Assembly (NCBI RefSeq): GCF_006345805.1
Contig: NC_043014.1
Coordinates: 46,562,001-46,626,000, forward strand
Direction of reading: 5' to 3'
Origin: Octopus sinensis
Taxonomy: Eukaryota
DNA length: 64,000 nucleotides
Below the pieces are notes generated by a model that was given only the letters and a program-made list of their open reading frames with translations, was not told the origin of the DNA and searched no databases. Numbering within the stretch: the first letter of the stretch is position 1; every line of letters begins with the position of its first letter. This document shows, piece by piece, positions 53,665-60,755 of this stretch. Made by a program: the position numbers and the translations under genes.

Positions 53665-56600
53665 TTGATGGTGATGGTGGTGGTGGTGGTGGTGGTCGCT
53701 GCCAACTGACAAGCTTTGTGAATAAAAATCTTTAAATGGGATTTCCTTCCTTACAAGAAGACATAAGACGAATGTTTAATAAATCTTTAAGCTTGTCAGT
53801 CAGCTTAGAAATTTCACGTTAATGGAATCTCAGAGAGACAGACAGTTTGTCAGATGTTTCTTACTATCCATAGCAAGCAGCCTGCATTTTGATGAGCTTA
53901 GTGATTCGTGAGCAAATCTTACTCTAACACGAAGCATCTGCCTGTCAGTGTCATTTTGGATGAGATCCTTCGGAGTCTGACTGAATTTTAAATTTCTTTA
54001 TTTAGTTTTTGTCAAAAACGAGCAAATGATTTTCGTGCAAAGTAACAATAAAACAATCAAAACTTGCTGGTAATCACTTCTGGTTGAAATAACAGCCCAC
54101 ACGAATTATTATTATTCCTGGCAGGATTTATAGGCCATAGTAATCAGACAACAAGTGAATTAGGTGTTATAATCTGTTGCACTATTTCAAACTTTTTGAT
54201 GACAATTTTGGCAACAGAAAGAAGCAATTAAAACAGTGACTAAATTTAAAAATCATATGCTTTGAGCATGAGCCATATTTTCCCTCTCTGAAGTGGACTG
54301 AAAGCTTAAGGAAAGATCTTCAGTCAAAAAATATCATGGATTAATGAGGATTAAAAAGCTTGCAGGTATCTACTCACAGTTGCAGTTAAATCTTCCTCAA
54401 TAATCTCGACTTCTAAAATTGCAACCGCACATTTTAAAGTCTTACAGTTTAGTACACACCTACTGAATAGTTTTACCATTATAGATATTCCTCTTCTAGT
54501 GATTGTCCAAGTTTTGTATCCCACCAGGTCAGGAAGGAGCTAACCATGTTCCCAGAAATTCTGAGTTCAAATTCCACTGAGGTCGGCTTTGCCTTTCATC
54601 CTTTTGGGGGTCGATAAGTACCAGTCAAATGTAATCAACTTGCCCCCCCCCGTCCTTACAACTGCTGGCCTTGTGCCAAAATTTGAAATCAGTAATTCAA
54701 TGGGCTTCTTCGATTCCAAGGTCTGCTTAAAGTAGAGCCAACTGAAATTACAGAATTACATCTCTATATATAAACAGCAAAATGTCTGTGTGTGTGTCCT
54801 TTATACAAATCCACAATTTTTCAGTTAGAGGGTTCGCACTTTCTATGGTCATTCAAAACCACCCAAGGGTGGTCGTGCACATCTTTACATTTCCCCAGTC
54901 ACCCCGCAAAGCCATTAAAAAATTAATAGAAGTGACTTTTTTGTGAATTTTCTATCCAAAACCCAATCAAAATGCCTGAAACTTGATACGCCAATTGAAT
55001 GCCAGCTAGCTGTATGTGATTGGTTGGAGATTTGGACAGTACTCACATGTATGTGCGCACGCACGTAGCTGTATATGTATGCACTAGCACTATGACCTGG
55101 CAACACCGGGTCGTAGTGCTAGTCTTTAATTAAAACAGATAATTGACGCTTTAGCTTTCAAATTACTCTGTCAAATGTAATGCTCATTTACTCTCATCGT
55201 TTTGTATTAATCATTCAATATCTTGCAGCTTTAAGATTTTGATGATGTGACTATTTATGTTTAGAATGACATTGTCGGGTCAGTGTGAAAGGCTAGAACT
55301 GGCTAGTCTGAACATAAAGCAGGTGGAACATATGGTCAGTTTAAACACTAAAGGGTTAAAGAGGAAATAATGACCCAGATAACCTGTACAAAATATGTAA
55401 AAAGGCGCAGGAGTGGCTGTGTGGTAAGTAGCTTGTTTACCAACCACATGGTTCCGGGTTCAGTCCCACTGTGTGGCACCTTGGGCAAGTGTCTTCTACT
55501 ATAGCCTCGGGCCGACCAAATCCTTGTGAGTGGATTTGGTAGACGGAAACTGAAAGAAGCCTGTCGTATATATATGTATATATATATATGTATGCGTGTG
55601 TGTGTTTGTGTGTCTGTGTTTGTCCCCCTAGCATTGCTTGACAACCGATGCTGGTGTGTTTACGTCCCCGTTACTTAGCGGTTCGGCAAAAGAGACCGAT
55701 AGAATAAGTACTGGGCTTACAAAAAGAATAAGTCCTGGGGTCGAGTTGCTCGATTAAAGGCAGTGCTCCAGCATGGCCGCAGTCAAATGACTGAAACAAG
55801 TAAAAGAGTAAACTTTTATGAAGTGATAACCTTTTGAATTGTCTTTTATTTTCTCTCTAATTCCAGTGCCATATCACAGCTGTTCTACCCGTTTATGAGG
55901 TTGCAGAACAATGGTATCATTTCGGTTGTAAATTCCTTAATGGGTAAGTTATAACTTTGGTATTGTACACTTGTGTCGGATTTACTAATTTGACAGGTTG
56001 AAATATTTGTATGCAATTTAATCTTAAATAACTGTTACTGCTGCTGGTGTAACCTTCTGGTAGCCAAGAAACAATTAATCACACACACACACACACACAC
56101 ATGCATATGCACACACACACACACACACAGACACAGATACAAGGCTCAAAGGCCCTTCCCAAGCCATAAGCTCATAAGGTCAATTTCCTTGATTCTGTGG
56201 TGTATATATTCCCCCTTGATAGGATGCCAGTCCATCGCAGGATTACTCACTTTTTGTCAGCTGAGTGGGCCTGGAGCAATGTAAAATAAAGTGTTTTGCC
56301 CAAGAACACAATGCATTGCCTGGTTCAGGAACTGAAACCACAATCTGACGATCATACGCACAACACCCTATCCCTTAAGCTACACACCTCCACTATATAT
56401 ATATATATATTGCTAATAAGAGGAGCACAATAGTTGGTTCATCAACTTTAGGACATTAATGTTAACTTATTTATTTATTAAACTGATAATTATAATAACA
56501 TACATACATATAGCATATTATTCTATGCATATAAAATAAGGATACAAGTAATTATTAAAAAACATGAATATAAATTATTAAAATAACTTACAGCTGTTTC

Positions 56601-57658
56601 AGCCCATAGATAAAAACATTTCATTCTGCCTGCACACATACACACTAGAATAATATAACTCAGAGATGGAAGAGATATCAAGCTGTATTGGCTTTTGCCT
56701 TTCCCTTGAATAACATTGGTGGCATGGAGAGGAGCGTCTGGTATGCATGGCTGACTGCTGGTCTTCCATAAACAATCTTGCCCAGACTTGTGCCTTGGAG
56801 AATCAATCCTATGTTCATTTGTGACAAGAGGGGTCTTTTACAAATTATGTGACTGTTGATGAGTGAAACACTGGAAAAGATGCACATACGCATGTGTGTA
56901 TGTGTGTGTTTAGTATAATTTGGGTGAAAACCTTCTAACATGCATTTAAGAATTCTTCTGTCATTATTTAGCTCCCACATAATAGTCTACCATTGGGAAT
57001 ATCCCAGGGCTGGATAAACATGCAGAATGCCTCTTTGCATAAGATTAATACAAGTATAATATAACACAGGGATGGGGGATAATAAGCTTTAATAGTAGAT
57101 CACAACATTTGTTTCTGCACTGTACACTCAACAGGAGGCGCAATGGCCCAGTGGTTAGGGCAGCGGACTCGCGGTCATAGGATCGCGGTTTCGATGTGGT
57201 GTTAAATGCAGAGGGCTGAACCAATGTTGTAAAGTGGGATTTGTAGGCTGAGGATATTTAAAATTCTTGCAAGTGTGCATAGGAAGGTGATTGGTTTGTG
57301 TGGTGCTGTTTCTTTAAGGATCTAGAATCGTTATAATTCCACTTGGTTTGAAGATTTTCAGGGGAATTTGCAGTTGGTATGAGCAGCTCAAGATATTGGT
57401 GAGTACAAGAATTACTTCCTGGTACTAGAAATTTTTTGTTTTTATTGCAGAAGATGAAGAAGAACCTGACATATATTTGGGTTTCCGGTCTGGGAATATA
57501 AGCAAGAGCAGTGGTCGAGTAGACTGGTGGTATGTTACTGAAGAACATGACTTAAAAATCTGGACACCGTTCCCGAAGAGTAATGCCAGCCATTTGATCT
57601 TGGTCACTTTCAATGACCGTATAGCACCGGCCACTTTCTCTTTAATTACTGGCTATGG
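490..57658 (+). CDS. PIEZO: Piezo-type mechanosensitive ion channel, spliced partial CDS (3' portion; 20 chained exons, gene continues both sides of window)
   Basis: Exons joined by AG/GT sites with matching phases give a continuous ORF with Piezo hallmark motifs: SELVCYFLIVLNQM, VFLWGMLSVPRPSKTFW, KYLFQFTFFPWN, DVYAPMFVCDF, VPIPFLVML..QFMFIIIDRALFLRK, YPTRILGNFLTK, PFLLELRALMDWMWTDT, KYGVGG, IWFPLVLFS, WGISPPS. Confidence 0.97.
670..898. mobile_element. piggyBac-like MITE, family 2 (also 28617-28843, 55140-55358, partial 47395-47650)
   Basis: TTAA at both ends, imperfect TIR CCTTTAGC.TT/AAATGCTAAG.GG, shared internal sequence. Confidence 0.65.
949..1441. mobile_element. Tandem pair of ~235-bp piggyBac-like MITEs, family 1
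   Basis: TTAA-CCCTTT...AAAGGG-TTAA termini; copies 949-1178 and 1201-1441. Confidence 0.8.
1628..2028 (+). mobile_element. SINE-like family C with ~180-bp internal tandem units (other copies: 27250-27845 minus, 36100-36305, 40860-41075 minus, 42612-43230, 45850-46085 minus, 52245-52850, 58778-59190)
   Basis: Recurrent gagctggcagaaacgttagcac...gttcaaattccgccgaggtcgactttgcc sequence. Confidence 0.8.
2431..2500 (+). CDS. PIEZO: PIEZO exon (KRIAIDMGSSVDKVEDEETTKPK), phase 0-1
   Basis: Pyrimidine tract + taag acceptor, gtttgt donor; supplies the phase-1 junction required by the 9297 exon. Confidence 0.75.
2551..7753 (-). mobile_element. Non-autonomous Helitron split by the RTE insertion (parts 2551-~2923 and ~7737-7753)
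   Basis: On the minus strand A|TCTATATATATAAAAC... and ...CCCGAGCAACGCCGGG hairpin-CGATACTACTAG|T: canonical TC/CTAG ends at an AT site. Confidence 0.75.
2924..7736 (-). mobile_element. Near full-length RTE-clade LINE, frameshifted
   Basis: APE endonuclease (TLNVGTL, CIQEVRW, GDFNGH), RT (QFGF, FVDMEKAFDRVP, GVHQGSVLSPLLF, LLYADD at ~4697-4708), C-terminal GRGRPRKTW; repetitive 3' UTR ending GGACGTTAAACGAC(GAT)n. Confidence 0.93.
8529..8975 (+). mobile_element. tRNA-derived SINE family B with central (TA/TG)n (other copies: 16712-17118, 17317-17754 minus, 36325-36725, 43696-44786 minus, 49873-50625, 51033-51785, 53115-53345, 55405-55810)
   Basis: Head aggcgcaggagtggctgtgtggtaag...ggttcagtccc (A/B-box-like), tail gactgaaacaagtaaaagag. 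Confidence 0.85.
9297..9460 (+). CDS. PIEZO: PIEZO exon (ESLCSKISNSFNLF...RKEKLKIQ), phase 1-0
   Basis: tttccag acceptor, gttagt donor; resembles the Piezo clasp helix region. Confidence 0.88.
9708..10140 (+). mobile_element. tRNA-derived SINE family F with duplicated head (other copies: 26803-27110, 47670-47970 minus)
   Basis: ggaggcacatggcc.agtggttagag...gggttc.aatc tRNA-like head. Confidence 0.75.
11041..11135 (+). CDS. PIEZO: PIEZO exon (AEKLTFLSLSAMEEG...RAAED), phase 0-2
   Basis: Long T tract + tttcag, gtaaga donor, open frame. Confidence 0.8.
11265..11510 (-). mobile_element. CR1-type LINE 3' fragment inserted into a SINE B tail
   Basis: Same family as 19538-19965 (FSVRVADPWNKLP); (TTAAC)n tail; SINE tail sequence resumes on both sides. 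Confidence 0.75.
11783..11857 (+). CDS. PIEZO: PIEZO exon (GVNKIAVDIDTTPETDIKKSFTKT), phase 2-2
   Basis: ctcttgcag acceptor, gtaagt donor, 75 nt symmetric exon in a loop region. Confidence 0.75.
12056..12550 (-). mobile_element. Non-autonomous Helitron
   Basis: a|CTAGcagtattacccgg terminus; other end cacacaagttgagttttatatata merges with (TA)n, same architecture as the 2551 element. Confidence 0.6.
12728..13217. mobile_element. Tc1/mariner (Tigger/pogo-like) MITE
   Basis: TA target duplication; TIR ccgtaaatcctcgagtatagtccgc / gcggattatactagaggatttatgg (3 mismatches). Confidence 0.8.
14104..14584. mobile_element. Tandem pair of family-1 piggyBac-like MITEs
   Basis: Copies 14104-14332 and 14356-14584, same termini and spacer. 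Confidence 0.8.
15370..16538 (+). mobile_element. Tandem trimer of tRNA-derived SINE family A (~390-bp period); related pieces 33182-33370, 57135-57195, 62920-63103 minus
   Basis: Three near-identical units; 14-bp flanking duplication attagtgtttg(c/t)ca at 15352 and 16540. Confidence 0.85.
17812..18070 (+). CDS. PIEZO: PIEZO exon (LQDIDNAEEENEF...SELVCYFLIVLNQM...PRPSKTFWVTVITYTE), phase 2-0
   Basis: ttgcag acceptor, gtagat donor; strong Piezo TM motifs. Confidence 0.96.
18074..18232. repeat. (ATT/GTT)n microsatellite directly after an exon donor
   Basis: Direct reading. Confidence 0.95.
19274..19462 (+). CDS. PIEZO: PIEZO exon (AIVVLKYLFQFTFFPWN...FIHRTILK), phase 0-0
   Basis: ttacag acceptor, gtacga donor; KYLFQF/FFPWN motif. 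Confidence 0.96.
19538..19965 (-). mobile_element. CR1-type LINE 3' fragment
   Basis: RLRGHSEKLYLRRFHLNRRRGAFSVRVADPWNKLP; (CTAA)n tail. Confidence 0.85.
20810..21190 (-). mobile_element. Short element carrying the RTE LINE 3' end (other copies: 9031-9180, 20060-20350, 23310-23740, 24645-25080, 26200-26360, 27905-28300, 31925-32050; + orientation 13930-14105, 45690-46530)
   Basis: (CAT)n-cgtttaacgtccgctttccatgctagcatgggttgg, matching the 2924-3250 tail of the full-length RTE. Confidence 0.8.
21252..21469. mobile_element. hAT MITE
   Basis: TIR cagtggttttcaa / ttgaaaagcactg; perfect 8-bp TSD gtttagat. Confidence 0.9.
21613..21711 (+). CDS. PIEZO: PIEZO exon (RYGLWKDAEDITADL...PQVQD), phase 0-0
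   Basis: ctgtag acceptor, gtgagt donor; GLW motif follows HR..LK as in Piezo proteins. Confidence 0.92.
22989..23182 (+). CDS. PIEZO: PIEZO exon (IERKFAACAAALEKQEY...EEEEIQKR), phase 0-2
   Basis: ctacag acceptor, gtaagg donor, acidic loop. Confidence 0.85.
24194..24500 (-). mobile_element. CR1-type LINE 3' fragment
   Basis: GHSEKLYLQRF...FSVRDADPWNKLP; (TTAAC)n tail. Confidence 0.8.
25306..25329 (+). CDS. PIEZO: Candidate 24-nt PIEZO micro-exon (N-VLAVLEA-R), phase 2-2
   Basis: ttttctttgctcttgctcttcag acceptor, AAG|gtaaga donor, frame-preserving; no transcript evidence. Confidence 0.6.
25700..26195 (-). mobile_element. CR1-type LINE RT fragment
   Basis: LKYADDIKLY, CERDLGVIVD, YIAMVRPHLEFASPVW. 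Confidence 0.88.
29357..29781. mobile_element. ~420-bp MITE with ~29-bp TIRs (second copy 32087-32500); superfamily unassigned
   Basis: ggatc.ttt.ggtttgaacggcagttttt / aaaaactgcc.gtcaaaccgaaaagatcc; two highly similar copies. Confidence 0.75.
29785..30160 (-). mobile_element. Highly degenerate LINE endonuclease-linker fragment
   Basis: Remnant motifs CDHIVH (SDH-like) and FLSDIP(W); weak. Confidence 0.3.
31154..31164 (+). CDS. PIEZO: Candidate 11-nt PIEZO micro-exon (EVL), phase 2-1
   Basis: ttttctatatttttctcag acceptor, TTG|gtaagt consensus donor; in frame only with the 31511-31547 exon. Confidence 0.55.
31511..31547 (+). CDS. PIEZO: Candidate 37-nt PIEZO small exon (AAERELTDFASY), phase 1-2
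   Basis: cttgcattacacag acceptor (NAGNAG), gtatgt donor; restores phase after the 11-nt exon. Confidence 0.55.
31734..31942. repeat. (CAC/CAT)n microsatellite merging into an RTE-tail element
   Basis: Direct reading. Confidence 0.95.
32657..32810 (+). CDS. PIEZO: PIEZO exon (FVSVMKPFQNFY...DVYAPMFVCDF...WAFGPV), phase 2-0
   Basis: ttgcag acceptor, gtaagt donor; DVY/DF/FG.WAFG motif. Confidence 0.95.
34050..34262 (+). mobile_element. Penelope-like retroelement terminal remnant with hammerhead-like motif
   Basis: gttt-ccgacga-agagctcctttc-gaaa-cgtt-aaac at 34127-34161 within pyrimidine-rich sequence. Confidence 0.5.
34593..34901. mobile_element. CpG-rich foldback MITE with ~80-bp TIRs
   Basis: gtactacttaagaagagtggtccc...gtcgatcct inverted at the other end; internal 11-bp repeats. 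Confidence 0.8.
35290..35881 (+). mobile_element. CR1-type LINE 3' end
   Basis: TRGHVYKV...HFFTLRVAGVWNKLP then 3' UTR and (ATT)n tail. Confidence 0.85.
36843..36887 (+). CDS. PIEZO: PIEZO exon (QSGEGSVTTYLEENR), phase 0-0
   Basis: ttggcag acceptor, gtaagt donor; links directly to VPIPFL. Confidence 0.9.
36999..37225. mobile_element. Family-1 piggyBac-like MITE, single copy in opposite orientation
   Basis: TTAACCCTTT...AAAGGGTTAA; reverse complement of the other copies. Confidence 0.8.
37365..37531 (+). CDS. PIEZO: PIEZO exon (VPIPFLVMLVVQF...DRALFLRK...LPAITN), phase 0-2
   Basis: (TC)n + tcag acceptor, gtgagc donor; IDRAL.LRK motif. Confidence 0.96.
37682..39287. repeat. 21-bp minisatellite (GGT[T/C]ATGATGACTCTCTGCAAT)n, with 19-bp variants, roughly 75-80 units
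   Basis: Direct reading; contiguous with the CR1 fragment at its right end. Confidence 0.97.
39270..40320 (+). mobile_element. CR1-type LINE RT fragment, degenerate and 5'-truncated
   Basis: SGVLQRSVLG, KCADEIKLY, LYMAMVWPHLEFASPVWNPY. Confidence 0.85.
40586..40744 (+). CDS. PIEZO: PIEZO exon (MFIKNIPAMLWYFVKCIYF...GYPTRILGNFLTK...LFK), phase 2-2
   Basis: tttcag acceptor, gtaagc donor; WY.VKC.YF and GYP.RILGNFLTK motifs. Confidence 0.96.
41275..41619 (-). mobile_element. Probable solo LTR
   Basis: Minus strand begins TGTAG, ends ...TTCTTCAAC, AATAAA near its 3' end, GC-rich promoter motifs in the 5' part; no clear TSD. Confidence 0.5.
43528..43675 (+). CDS. PIEZO: PIEZO anchor-domain exon (FLVIPFLLELRALMDWMWTDT...WLQMEDIYANIF.LKC), phase 2-0
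   Basis: tttcag acceptor, gtaagt donor; signature PFLxELR/DW.WTDT/W...EDI. Confidence 0.97.
46609..46794 (+). CDS. PIEZO: PIEZO outer-helix exon (TYPTPRALKRK...KYGVGG...IWFPLVLFS...LGGYQ), phase 0-0
   Basis: ttacag acceptor, gtaagt donor; KYG.GG and IWFPL motifs. Confidence 0.96.
46871..47351. mobile_element. Tandem pair of family-1 piggyBac-like MITEs
   Basis: Copies 46871-47098 and 47122-47351. Confidence 0.8.
48498..48743. repeat. 65-bp perfect tandem repeat, ~3.8 copies
   Basis: ttatgttgcagtg recurs at 48501, 48566, 48631, 48696. Confidence 0.95.
48828..48920 (+). CDS. PIEZO: PIEZO cap-domain exon (PLFKMTAQQ...YDTSP), phase 0-0
   Basis: Poly-T + ccag acceptor, gtaagt donor; PLF.M.AQ motif. 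Confidence 0.93.
50255..50382 (-). mobile_element. 5'-truncated RTE LINE of a second family, inserted in (TA)n
   Basis: Minus strand encodes WSDDFKRTIGITWMRKARSREEW (RTE C-terminus-like), stop, short UTR, then (TA)n. Confidence 0.65.
50809..50978 (+). CDS. PIEZO: PIEZO cap-domain exon (RASSFLTSYDPED...WGISPPSQKKL...SFT), phase 0-2
   Basis: aaacag acceptor (weak tract), gtaact donor; Y..ED and W.ISPPS motifs. Confidence 0.9.
52925..53044 (+). CDS. PIEZO: PIEZO cap-domain exon (GKRSPQSPGTF...GNSSQL), phase 2-2
   Basis: ctctttcag acceptor, gtaagt donor, open frame. Confidence 0.88.
53870..54340 (-). mobile_element. Degenerate hAT transposase C-terminal fragment
   Basis: Remnants resembling FST...TKTK.RN...D.+MR; heavily decayed. 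Confidence 0.3.
54761..55122 (+). mobile_element. Non-autonomous Helitron, intact ends
   Basis: A|TCTCTATATATAAA start; long terminal hairpin ctagcactatgacctgg-caaca-ccgggtcgtagtgCTAG|T. Confidence 0.8.
55867..55943 (+). CDS. PIEZO: PIEZO cap-domain exon (AISQLFYPFMRLQNNG...LM), phase 2-1
   Basis: ttccag acceptor, gtaagt donor, phase fits neighbours. Confidence 0.88.
57451..57658 (+). CDS. PIEZO: PIEZO exon, end of cap domain (DEEEPDIYLG...DWWYV...LVTFNDRIAPATFSLITGY), phase 1-2
   Basis: ttgcag acceptor, gtatgt donor; WW and F.D+..P..F..I.GYG motifs preceding the inner helix. Confidence 0.95.
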
Positions 57659-57898
57659 GTATGTAACGCCTATCACCTATTTTCATATTCATTGTCCTTT
57701 TTGTCTACATATCGTTTCATTTCACTTTTACTGTTTTACTCTCCTCCCTATCTTATTATCCACAACTTGTCTTCTAATCAAATCCCTTCTACTGTCCACA
57801 TGTCATTATCTAATCCACGTCCTTCTTTTCTTGTCTACATCCTTTTTATCTATGTCATTCCACTTCCTTCTTGCCATCATTATTGTGTCTCTGTTTCA

Positions 57899-58385
57899 TT
57901 AACACTTTTGATACTAACCCACCTGAAACCACCTCTGGTTCTGTAGTACAAAAGTCTTAATTTCAAAAATTCTCCATTAAAATCTTCCACCAAACCTTAG
58001 TCACGATTCATGTCCCTAACACTAACTTAAAGATAACTAAATTATTTTACTAAATTCTTTGTTATATTTAAAATTAATTGAAAGAAACACAGAACATCAC
58101 AAAATAAATACAGTAACGAAAGGGTTAAAATATATAATAGAGAAACAATTCTTAACCCTTTTGATACCAACCCACCTGAAACCACCTCTGGTTCTGTAGT
58201 ACAAATGTCTTATTTTCAAAAATTCTGCATTAAAATCTTCCACCAAACCTTAGCCACAATTTATGTTCCTGACACTAGCTGAATGATAGATAAGTAAGTA
58301 ATTTTACTAAATTCTTTGTTATATTTAAAATAAATTGAAAGAAACACAGAGCATCACAAAATAAATATGTTAACGAAGGGGTTAA
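57899..58385. mobile_element. Tandem pair of family-1 piggyBac-like MITEs
   Basis: Copies 57899-58128 and 58152-58385. Confidence 0.8.
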
Positions 58386-60170
58386 ACTACTTTATGCTTA
58401 ATTAGAATGACCTTGTCGGCCAGTACAAATGTGTTCAAATCTGTAAGGATTGACTTTTTACCTTTCATTAGTTTGTACCAGTAATATAGTGAGGTCTGTT
58501 TTAAGGTTATAAGTTGCCTCCCTTTTACAAATTTGTCAATCTGCCCAAATCAGAAGATTGTTATTGTCCGATGCAATGGTTGAGTTTAACCACTTTTCCA
58601 TTCTTGTTTCATATCCCATTGCTGTTGATGTTGTTCTGTGTATTTAGTCAGGGAAAGCATGTCAGTTTGTTTATGTGGTTAAAAAAAAATAATTCTTTCT
58701 ACTATAGGCACAAGGCCTGAAAGTTTTGGGGAGGGGTTAAGTTGATTACGTTGACCCCCAGTATTTCACTGGCACTTGAGCTGGCAGAAACGTTAGCACG
58801 CCGGGCGAAATGCTTGGCAGTATTTCGTCTGCTGTTACATTGTGAGTTCAAATTCCGCCGAGGTCGACTTTGCCTTTCATCCTTTCGGGTTCGATAAATT
58901 AAGTACCAGTTACGCACTGGGGTCGATGTAATCGACTTAATATCTATGTCTGTCCTTGTTTGTCCCCTCTGTGTTTAGCCCCTTGTGGGTAGTAAAGAAA
59001 TAGGTATTTTGTCTGCTGTTATGTTGTGAGTTCAAATTCCGCCGAGGTCGACTTTGCCTTTCATCCTTTCGGGTTCGATAAATTAAGTACCAGTTATGCA
59101 CTGGGGTCGATGTAATCGACTCAATACCTATGTCTGTCCTTGTTTGTTCCCTCTATGTTTAGCCCCCTTGTGGGTAATAAAGAAATAGGTACTTAATTTA
59201 TCGACCCTGAAAGGATGAAAGGCAGATTCGACCTCAGCAGAATTTGAACTCAGAACATAAAGACAGATGAAATTTCGCTCGGTGTGCTAATAATTCTGGG
59301 GCCCAGCTCGCTGCCTTTGGTTTAAACGGTAACATTGTTGTATAACATTAACTGGCAGAATCATTGGTCCACCAGACAAAATACTTAGCAACATTCTGAG
59401 TTCAAATTCTGCAGAGGTTGACTTTGTCTTTCATCCTTTTGGGGGTCAATAAAATAACTGCCAGTTGAGCGTTAGGGGTTAATAAAATTGACCTGCTTCC
59501 TTCCTTAAAATTTCAGGCCTTGTTCCTAAAGTAGAAAGAATACTAATTAGAATTATTAACATCCAATGATGATAACGAATGCTTTGTTTTATATTACAGC
59601 GTTTTTTTTTGTTTTTTTTTCTTTGTTCATTTATTTGTTTTTAATTTTAATTTTTTAAATTTTTGATGTTCTTTTGTTTTTGTTATTGAATTTTATTTGA
59701 TGGTTGTTGTGATATTTTTGCAACCACTGCTCGTTTGTGTAGTGGGGGGCATCGGGAAGTCCTGTACGCATAAGATGTGGACAAAACAGACAAGGAACCA
59801 CGTTCGTTTGTAGCTTATTACAAAGAAAGATTAAAACAATAGGGCAGGTGAGGCAAGTGTAGTTAATTCAAGATAGGAATATTTAAGGTAAGTGTTTCAC
59901 AGTAGCAGTATATAGGAGTTCTCATAGGGATAAGTCAAAGGGGCCACGGCCAGTTAGTTCTGAAGAAGATTTTGATAGAATAGGAGAGACAGACAGGAGA
60001 AAGAATAGAGAATGATTATTAGCTTCGAGAGGAGACTGTTAGGATTCAGGTATGATAATTAATAATTTCTGATTGGTTATTGATTGGTCATTAATTATAA
60101 GCAACTCATTGATGTAATTGCCAAAAAGGACCCACATATGAAAACTCAGGTTAGCATCCATATTCGGACA

Positions 60171-60307
60171 TGGTCGAGTAGACTGGTGGTATGTTACTGA
60201 AAAAAGTGACTTAAAAATCTGGACACCGTTCCTGAAGAGTAATGCTAGCCATTTGATCTTGGTCACTTTCAATGACCGTATAGCACCAGCCACTTTCTCT
60301 TTAATTA
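60171..60307 (+). pseudogene. Partial (137 bp) duplicate of PIEZO exon sequence 57512-57648
   Basis: 131/137 identical by manual alignment; lacks both splice sites. Confidence 0.9.
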
Positions 60308-60755
60308 TTAGCTTTGAGAGGAGACTGTTAGGATTCAGGTATGATAATTAATAATTTCTGATTGGTTATTGATTGGTCATTAATTATAAGCAACTCATTG
60401 ATGTAATTGCCAATCAGGACCCACATATGAAAGCTCAGGTTAACATCCATATTTGGACATGTTGATGTATCTCCTCCAGCCACTGAAAACGAGCAAATTC
60501 TTGACCGAAGCTTTATATTTCTTTCTCCATCTTCAGGAGAATTAATCATTTATGTCATAGTTGAGACAGTTCGCTAAAGAGATTAATCAAGCTAAACTGT
60601 TTTTTATTATACAATTATCTCCAGAGGAAATAATAAGCTTGCCAATATTTTGTTAATCTGCAGAACATTCATTGATCTCGGCTGTGATGATCTTAAAATA
60701 GTAAGATGGAGATGTGGCGATTGATCGAGTTTTGATAAAAAGAAAAATCAACACT

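Noticed and set aside
57135-57195. tRNA gene-like sequences (also 15370, 9708, 26803, 33182)
   Set aside because: These are SINE heads; they lack a complete acceptor stem and continue into SINE body or are truncated.
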